A DNA stretch of 64,000 bases from Vermamoeba vermiformis. Its lineage: Eukaryota. Of the stretch, positions 55,974 to 64,000 are shown one piece after another. The DNA lies in the NCBI GenBank assembly GCA_045837725.1, contig JBEWZL010000166.1:248001-312000 (forward strand), read 5' to 3'. Below the pieces are notes generated by a model. It searched no databases, was not told where the DNA came from, and was given only the letters and a program-made list of their open reading frames with translations. The stretch's first letter is position 1. Each line of letters starts with the position of its first letter. Position numbers and translations under genes: made by a program.

Positions 55974-56178
55974 ATCTGCATCTCTGAACTCTCTTCTTTG
56001 TCCTATAAGAGCATCAACTGTATCATAGCCTGCATGACTTTCATTATCGAGCATAAATAGGTAGTCGATTAACTTAACTTTCAGCGCAATTTACTTCGAG
56101 CGAGTAACAAAAATTAACCTATCTTACAAATCGTATAATAACCTTCTAAACTATTATGGTACCTTTTCTTCAATTGAT

Positions 56179-57546
56179 TTAAATCGATGCGTTGGTGCTT
56201 AAGCCATCTGCAGCGACTTTAATTTCTTTCAAATCGTTCTTAGCGCTCGAACTTTTATGCTCTTTCTTCGAGACTAGCACAGGTTCATTGCTATTGGTGT
56301 TCTTATTGCTGGCTACTACTGCGCTAGTCTTGGCATCGAGTCCTTCTTCGAGCTCTTCTTCCTATGGCAAAAGGTGGATCAGTACTTTCTCGTTACTTAC
56401 AAAACAGATGCGTCGGAGCACTTGCTGCATCGACCGTCAATTCTTATTTAGGACTTAGATATATGGCACTTATGGACCTTCTTTCCTTATTCTAAACATT
56501 GGTACTTACTTGGCGCGCTTTTGACTTGGCCTGCTCTTCGCTCAATTTGGCCTCGTATTCTAACTTCATTGCCTTCAAACGAGCCTCGTACTCTTCAATA
56601 GTCTTGCTCAACGCATCTTCGAGCTCTTGTTTGGTCTGCACGAGCTCATTGCTCTTCTGCTGCACATCACGCTTCAGTCCTTCGACCACATCGTTCTTCA
56701 TGCGCAGCTCTCGCTCGTGCTGTGCTCGCAGCTCATCGGTCTCTTTCAGTTGTACCTGTATAGTACGCGCTTAGTACGCTCATAAACCAACTATATTTGC
56801 AGATTTCGAGCGGAGCGGTGTGTTAAATTGGATTCTTACTTTGCGAATAGCACTTAATGCTGCGACGAGGTCCATCTTGCCGAGGTTGCGCAATGCAGTC
56901 TTGTCCTCCTCCCAATGCTCGGCAATGACCACTTTGTCAATGCCGCTCCACACCTTGTTGTTGCCTTGCTCCCAGACCACTGCGCGTGTGTTGTTATTCA
57001 AGACGACGAATTTGTATTCGAAGGTGGTCACTGAGAATGGGATATCAACTTCAGCCTTCCATGTTCTGCCTGAGAGTCATAGATTAATTTTAATTATTAA
57101 TTGTGCCATTTTAAGCCGTTGTTTGACGAAAAGGCACGATCTGTCAAAAATTAATTTGATTGGAACTTTCTAGAATCGAATTATCTATAATGCCAACAAT
57201 ATTTAATCGCATATAAAGCAATGTCATGTTTAAATTCAACCATAAAATTGAGTTTCATGGCTACAAACCTTCCTGCCAGATCGCTTTGACACCTCGCTCG
57301 ACAATCCAGTTCCCCAATGGATTAATTGAACCTATTGATATTATTTTAGAAAATGCAATAATTATTTGGATCGCGTATTCGGCAATGAATTAAAAAAGCT
57401 GAATATTTACCAACTAAAATGACTGAATCGTTGTTAGAGGTCTGAGGTGGTCCATAAATTGATATCTCAAACTTGCGTGGCCTATTTCCTTGTCTAGCTT
57501 GCAATATTCCTCCAGAGGAACGGGATAAATATGAGTTGCGATCCAT
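56179..57546 (-). CDS. CBM20 (starch/glycogen-binding) domain protein with a coiled coil
   Basis: VILVGSINPLGNW...TWKAEV...FEYKFVV...WEQGNN, then a heptad-rich region. 3' exon structure is uncertain. Confidence 0.8.
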
Positions 57547-57736
57547 TGAATATTATAGTCAAGTTCTGCACAATCGTTTCGCTCTACAGCGCAGTGAATG
57601 TTTATAAACTAATAGAAGATACACTTCTTTATTGTGTTTTTTCAACCAGAAAGTCTCAAAAGAGCGAAACTTCACCAACTTATTCTCCGCCACGCAAAGC
57701 CAAGGCGAACACAACAGATACTGCCCCATATTATAA

Positions 57737-58767
57737 ATGGAAGAGAAGCCTTTTGAAGTCACTGACGACAATGTGGATTTATTCCGAAGATATCTAGGAC
57801 GAGACGACATAACCAAAGAAGATATTGTTAAACGAGCTACAGAAGCACGTGCTAAAGCCCTCCAAGTTTGCAATTATAGGTACGAATATTAGATATTATT
57901 CTATTACTATACCAACGAGAAAGCTTTCTTTGTCTCGGAAAATTTAATTACAATTAAATTAAAAATTCTTTTTTGCGCCTTCAATGGACTAACTTATTGA
58001 CCAATGATTACTATTAGATGCATTCGCGAGGGAAGATTTTTAGAGTCACGATTGTCAACACATCCGCTCTACAAGACAGAAATCAAACCAAAAATTTCAA
58101 AAACAACGAAAATCATTGACTTGGGCTGTTGTTTCGGAACAGACATTCGCTATTTAGTTGCAGACGGGGCTGATCCATCATTAATCACCGGCACTGATCA
58201 ATTCCCTGAGTACATTCAGCTTGGTTTTGATCTGTTTGGCGACAAAGACAAATTGACCACGAATTTTGTCTTTGAAGACTTCTTCTCCGAGCAATTCACT
58301 CAAAAAGTGCTTCCAAATGCAGCAGATGACAGCGCTAAATATGATATTGCCTACGCAGGCTCAGTCTACCACTTGTTCTCGCTCGAACAGACCGAAAAGT
58401 TTACTCAATTAGTCAACTCGTTGTTAAAACCAGGTAATTAGTCTCTATTATGCGCTATTATGCTCGTTAGACTCATTAATATGCCATATTAGGCGGCATA
58501 TTCTTTGGTCAAACAGTCGGTGCTGAAGAACCAATGTGGGCCTCGAAAGAAGACAGAAAAGGTGTGTCGTACAAGATATACATAACCTCATTCAGTGCCA
58601 CTAATACTCTTGCTACAGATATCCTTCGTTATTTGCACTCGCCCGAGTCATTCAAAGCACTCGTGGAATCGCACGGTTTTGAAAATGTACAAGTCAGATG
58701 GCGTCAAGGCAAAGAACCGATGGGTGAGAAATGGGGCTTATTTAGATTCTATATGACGAAGAAATAA
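57737..58767 (+). CDS. Class I SAM-dependent methyltransferase (AusD/Trt5-like family)
   Basis: YRCIREGRFL..RLSTHPLY, IIDLGCCFGTDIRYLVADG, GSVYHLF, YLHSPESF. Three introns. Confidence 0.8.
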
Positions 58768-58908
58768 TCTTACTATTATATTCTTTTGTACTGTACTTTA
58801 ATAACAAAGACTCTATTTTTGAGTTCGTATCTCAATTTGCTTTCTTTATTTATACATTAATAATTATATTATTGAGTCACTACAATTATTATATTATCAG
58901 TGTCTATC

Positions 58909-60678
58909 TTAGTAGCTGACAGCGGGCAATACAGCCAACAACAACTTGCGGTAGTTGCCAGAAGTGTCCCCTTCGACGTCCTTGACAATACTGCGTCCAT
59001 GTCTCTCACGATAAGTCTTGGCAATCAAAGCAAGTTGGCTCTTGTCGTTGATGCAGAACGAGTAGATCAAACCCTTGTCGTCAGTACCCGCGCCCTTGAT
59101 GGCGTAGCGAATGCGATCAGCGAAGTAAATGTGCCACGGTTGAGTGCACGCGGTCAAGGCCTTCATATAGTCACCACTGGTCTCCTTTTCAATGGCACGT
59201 GCAATACCGTGCTTGTGCTTGGCAATGTAGTATCTGTGACGATCATAGTATTAGTATTTTATTCAATACAAATGAAAATTGTCGATCGAAACCTCGTTGC
59301 CCACAAACTCCGACCGTTAACTTGATTATCAATTACGTAAGTTGTTGTGAATTAATTATAATCAAATTTGATTTCAACGAATGCGTAATTTGGAGGCGTA
59401 ACTAGTGTGAGTTGTAGGTTCAATTAGTGATTCGAATCTATGCGTACCTGTCCATAGCAGCCAAATGGGCCAATGAGCGCGAAGTGATGATTTCAATGAA
59501 CTTGCTATCATCAGTACCCAACTTCTTTTCACCAGCACGATAAAAGGCATCAGCATCTGCTTCAGCAGCACGTTCATTCACAACCAAGCTCTCGTCTCTC
59601 TTGCACTTCAACAACTCCATAAGAACCTTTCTGAAGTTGCCGCTGGTTTCTTTTTCAACTTCTTTCTCAAGGCCAGGGTACATGGCTTTGATTTGAGCCA
59701 ATTCGGCGTTGGTGCACATACAGATCACGTCAATAAGACCGTATTCGTAGGTACCAGCACCTGTCATAAATAATAGGGGTTATTTTAGAATTAAAATTCG
59801 TGCGTGAGTAGTCATTTTCAATTCGCAAGTAAATCCGAATTGTAACCTCATTTTTCCAACACTAACTTACCCTTCATAGAGTCTCGAAGGTAATTAATCT
59901 TCAATTGCAAAGGAGGCAATAACAAATAGGTCAACAATTTGCGGTAATTGAAAGAAGTGTCGCCGCGGATGTCGTGTTCCAAGGTCTTTTTGAACTGAGC
60001 CTCGTACATGCGTTGAACTTGTTGCAAGTGGTCCTTAGAGCGGTTACCCATAATATTAATAAGAATAGAGTCATCAGTTCCAAGACCCTTCATGGCGTGG
60101 TAGAGATCGCTAGCATCTACGTCACGAAATTAAAAAATAGGAAAATAAATTACAAAAATTCAAATTAATTACCTTTTGAGGCGTCTCCAGGAGTATAAGC
60201 TACTACTGGAAAAGCGGGCACTAAACCTTGAGCAGGAATCATACCAACTTGAGGGCTAATTAAGCCAGGACCAACGGATGTGGTAGTTTGCACGACAGTA
60301 GCTCCAGGCTGGGGAGGATAACCCGGTTGAGGAGGATAGCCAGGTTGAGGTGGGTAGCCGGGTTGAGGGGGATAACCAGGTTGAGGTTGGTGAGGCATTT
60401 GAGGAGAGCCGTAGCCGGGTGAAGTGTATCCAGGTTGAGGTGGATATCCGGGCTGAGGAGGGTAACCAGGCTGTGGGGGATAGCCAGGCTGGGGAGGATA
60501 ACCCGGTTGGGGTGGGTAGCCAGGTTGTGGTGGGTAACCGGGCTGAGGAGGGTAGCCAGGCTGAGGCGGATAGCCTGGTTGAGGTGGATATCCGGGTTGA
60601 GGTGGGTAACCTGGTTGTGGGGGATAACCTGGCTTGAGGTGGATAGCCAGGTTGAGGTGGGTAACCGGGATATGACAT
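58909..60678 (-). CDS. Annexin (A7/synexin-like) with a GYPPQP-repeat N-terminus; apparent +1 frameshift at about 60633
   Basis: Four annexin repeats ([37 protein letters not shown]). Three introns. Confidence 0.92.
60306..60669 (-). repeat. Coding tandem repeat of about 18 bp (PGYPPQ)n
   Basis: Degenerate CCNGGNTAYCCNCCNCAR units in the annexin N-terminus. Confidence 0.9.
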
Positions 60679-61035
60679 ATCGGGGATTTGTTGTTGCTTC
60701 TCGCGTGGAGATTAAAAAATTAAACTCCGAACTTTTTTGGACAACGACCTTGCGAGCAATTACTGTGCAGGGTTCACACGCGTCGAATTGCTGTTTTTCG
60801 TTTTTGCGTATTCCTTCATGGTCTACTCGCCAAGCTGGCATCTTTTGACGGCTTTGGAATACCGCTGAACGGTTTAGCGCAGATCGGAATTCGACAGTAC
60901 GCGTGCAAAGGGCTTGAAATATTTTTAAAAATTCGGCTTTATATGGTGTACAATACAACTACGATGATATCGATGAAATTGCTGTCGTAAAAATTAAATC
61001 GCAACCGAACATTTGATCTGGTTGGATTTAGTACT

Positions 61036-62656
61036 TTAGTAGCTGACAGCAGGCATGACGGCCAACAACAACTTGCGATAATCGCCAGAAGTGTCACCTT
61101 CGACGTCCTTGACAATACTACGACCGTGTCTCTCACGATAAGTCTTGGCAATCAAAGCCCAAGTTGGCTCTTATCGTTAACGCAGAACGAGTAGATCAAG
61201 CCCTTGTCGTCGGTACCTGCGCCCTTGATGGCATAGCGAATGCGATCAGCGAAGTAAATGTGCCACGGTTGAGTGCATGCTACCAAAGCGTTCATGTAAT
61301 CACCGCTGGTCTCCTTTTCGATGGCACGGCCAATACCGTGCTTGTGCTTGGCAGTGTAGTATCTAAATATGATTATTAATCGCCGGTCAATGTAGCCACA
61401 AAGGCTCAGTAATATAAAAAAGAATTGACTTTAAATTAGCGAATAATAAATTCGTTTGTAATAAGCGCGAGTCACTGCGTACCTGTCCATAGCAGCCAAG
61501 TGAGCAATAGAGCGCGAAGTAATGATTTCAATGAACTTGCTATCATCAGTACCCAACTTCTTCTCACCAGCACGATAAAAGGCATCAGCATCTGCTTCAG
61601 CAGCACGTTCATTCACAACCAAGCTCTCGTCTCTCTTGCACTTCAACAATTCCATAAGAACCTTTCTGAAGTTGCCGCTGGTCTCTTTTTCGACTTCTTT
61701 CTCGAGGCCAGGGTACATAGCCTTGATTTGAGCCAATTCGGCGTTAGTGCTCATGCAAATAACGTCAATAAGACCCTTCTCGTAAGTTCCAGCACCTTCT
61801 CAATTAAGCATTAGGAATTATGGTTATAACGAAAATGAGGGCAGTAAACATCGGAAAATAAAAAATTTTTGTGCCTTTGAATCCGCTCTTCACTAACCTT
61901 TCATGGAGTCTCTCAAGAAAGTGATCTTCAATTGCAAAGGAAGCAACAACAAATATCTAGCCAATTTGCCGTAGTTCAAGGAAGTATCGCCGCGGATGTC
62001 GTGCTCCAACGTCTTCTTGTGAACAGATTCGTACATGAGCTGAACTTGTTGCAAGTGCTCCTTAGAACGGTTACCGAGAATGTTGATCAAGACAGAGTCA
62101 TCGGTACCAACACCCTTCATAGCGTGGTAAAGGTCGTTCGCGTCTAAAATCATAATTTTAGACTTTCGAAGATCGTTGGAAATTTGAATTATGCAGTAAA
62201 TTCAAAAAAATTGATCTTACCCTTAGAAGGATCGCCAGGGGTGTAGGGAATAACAGGGAAGCCAGGAACTAAACCATTAGGAGGAACCATGCCGCCCATG
62301 GCACCAGGAGCACCCATAACTGGAACGGCGCCAGGAACAGTGCCGGGAGCGCCGGGTTGCATAGGGTAGGGCTGAGGAGGGTAACCAGGCTGTTGTGGGG
62401 GATAGCCTTGAGGAGGATAGCCTTGTTGAGGAGGGTATCCAGGTTGAGGCGGATAAGGTTGAGGAGGATAGCCGCCAGGCTGTTGTGGAGGATATCCTTG
62501 GGGAGGGTAGCCTTGAGGTGGAGGATAGCCTTGAGGAGGATAACCCTGTTGAGGAGGGTATCCGGGTTGTTGAGGCGGATATCCTTGTTGTGGAGGATAA
62601 CCTTGTGGGGGGTAGCCTTGAGGAGGGTATCCGGGTTGTTGGGGTGGTTGCGACAT
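61036..62656 (-). CDS. Annexin paralog (tandem duplicate) with a GYPPQQ-repeat N-terminus
   Basis: Same exon structure and near-identical core to the 58909-60678 copy. Ends PAVSY*. Confidence 0.93.
62365..62645 (-). repeat. Coding tandem repeat ([11 protein letters not shown])n
   Basis: 15-21 bp degenerate units in the N-terminus of the second annexin. Confidence 0.9.
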
Positions 62657-63529
62657 CGTAGCTCGTGTGGTATTGCAAATTGAATAAGGCGATAAACTAA
62701 AAAAAAACTTTCGTGAATTTATGACCGGTGATTTTTGCGAGGTTTTTCGTTGGCTCGCCAAAACGAAAATGGAATTGCACGGTTGACAAGGAGAGAATTC
62801 CACTAGCGTGCATTCTATCGTAAGGAGGTCAAGATCGCGCTAAAGATGAGTATTGGAGGTCACGTAAGTGAATTTTCTAAAATTATACTTTGTGCATCTG
62901 CCGTAAATTGTTAATTTTGGTATACATTATTTTTTGCTAAAGTACTCTAATTATGACTCTTATTGGGAATTAATTTTTCTAATTTTTCGTTAGTACGGCT
63001 AGATTTGAAATTTTAGTTGAACAAACCGACATTTTCTCAGCTAAAATGTGGCTGATATTTTTGAACTTGATTCTGTTTAACTTGAGCCGGCACTTTAGCA
63101 CTTGTGGCGTACAACGTATAAAAATTCGTAATACCCGTCGTCAATTCGCAACGTTAGAAAATTATTTGCGACTGTCGGATTTTGCTAACTCGACGCGTGA
63201 ATTAACCTTTTAACGTCTAATGAACCAAGCAGTTGTAGTGAGAGTTAGATTGGCTTGACTTCAACTGAAGTGGCAATGTCAAAGAATGAAACGACATTTA
63301 CAGAGTTATTTACAATTTATTCAAGCTAATAAATACAAGGGTTATTATTTACGTTATTGTAGAGCTCTTAAGACTCGACAACCGCATTATTTTTTTCGAT
63401 GGCAAACCATAAATTATTGATTATTGGTATTTGTGGCTTTTCCTTATTATTCGTCTTTGTTTTGTTTTTGAGTAATGATCCAAAATTGCTATAATACATC
63501 AAGTTGACTTCCGACAACTAGCTGAGGTC

Positions 63530-64000
63530 TTATTTAGCCTCAGTACTGAGACAATCGTACAACAATGCGTCCAATTGCTCAGTGTTCTCAATGCCGAATT
63601 CGCTTAAAGAAAACGGAAAACCATTAGCAGCTTGATCATGGAAAACGATCTCGCTACCGTTGGGGCGTTGAGGAGTCACTTGTGTATCTTCGCTGACGAT
63701 CATAGCGTTGTTGGGAAGATGTGCGGCTTGGATCTCGACTTGGAGGAGTTGTACCAAGTCGGAGAGCTGTCCCAAAGCTTGAGGAGCCATTGATCTGACA
63801 AAATTGCGAACAGATGAGATACGTTCGCTGCTGTTGAGCTTCTGTAGGCTCGAGACGGCACTGGCAAGCTTGTCTTCGACGGGTTCTTCCTTCATCTTCT
63901 TTGCAGGCTTTTCATCTTCGACGATGAGCTCCTCGCGCTTTCTTTTGCCGAGGACCTTCTTAGGCAGCGATGCACTATCGCCGTTAGAGGAGACGAGTTG
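63530..64000 (-). CDS. 3' end of a probable nuclear protein (5' part outside the window)
   Basis: Frame is open from 64000 to TAA at 63530. Bipartite-NLS-like KRKR...PAKKMK followed by a helical segment. Weak resemblance to the C-terminal parts of amoebozoan CudA-like factors. Confidence 0.65.
   Translation of the reverse strand, partial: QLVSSNGDSASLPKKVLGKRKREELIVEDEKPAKKMKEEPVEDKLASAVSSLQKLNSSERISSVRNFVRSMAPQALGQLSDLVQLLQVEIQAAHLPNNAMIVSEDTQVTPQRPNGSEIVFHDQAANGFPFSLSEFGIENTEQLDALLYDCLSTEAK

Noticed and set aside
60260-60958. Multiple overlapping long ORFs around the annexin N-terminus
   Set aside because: Alternative frames of the stop-poor PGYPPQ repeat.
60306-62645. Regularly spaced short repeats as a possible CRISPR array
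   Set aside because: Degenerate coding repeats varying at wobble positions, with no unique spacers and no cas genes.

Overview
Gene-dense, intron-rich eukaryotic DNA, most consistent with a free-living amoebozoan (inferred from a CblA-like SH2+RING gene, GYPPQ-repeat annexins and short GT-AG introns; the species cannot be determined here). About 32 protein-coding genes were reconstructed by manual splicing: ZNF598, TMEM161-like, COQ5, BRAT1-like, CSN6, WD40, NAF1, FANCI, a TOM1/GPR137-like 7TM protein, a Myb+C2H2 factor, MOB1, NSUN5, an SseB-like protein, mARC/MOSC, AtuA-like, a coiled-coil/polyPro/WH2 protein, SH2-RING, BAH, SDR, MFS, HEAT, TTC38, IMPDH, SUMO-like, CBM20, a methyltransferase, two tandem annexins and several hypotheticals. 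CDS coordinates are gene spans that include introns. No RNA genes, transposons or CRISPR arrays were recognised. The most striking signal is a highly iterated 12-bp palindrome, TGACACGTGTCA (at least 13 exact copies plus many variants), in both exons and introns. Also notable are six +1 frameshifts in otherwise intact genes, five at CAAG/CTTG and probably consensus artefacts, and an intron-rich IMPDH with bacterial-type signatures.
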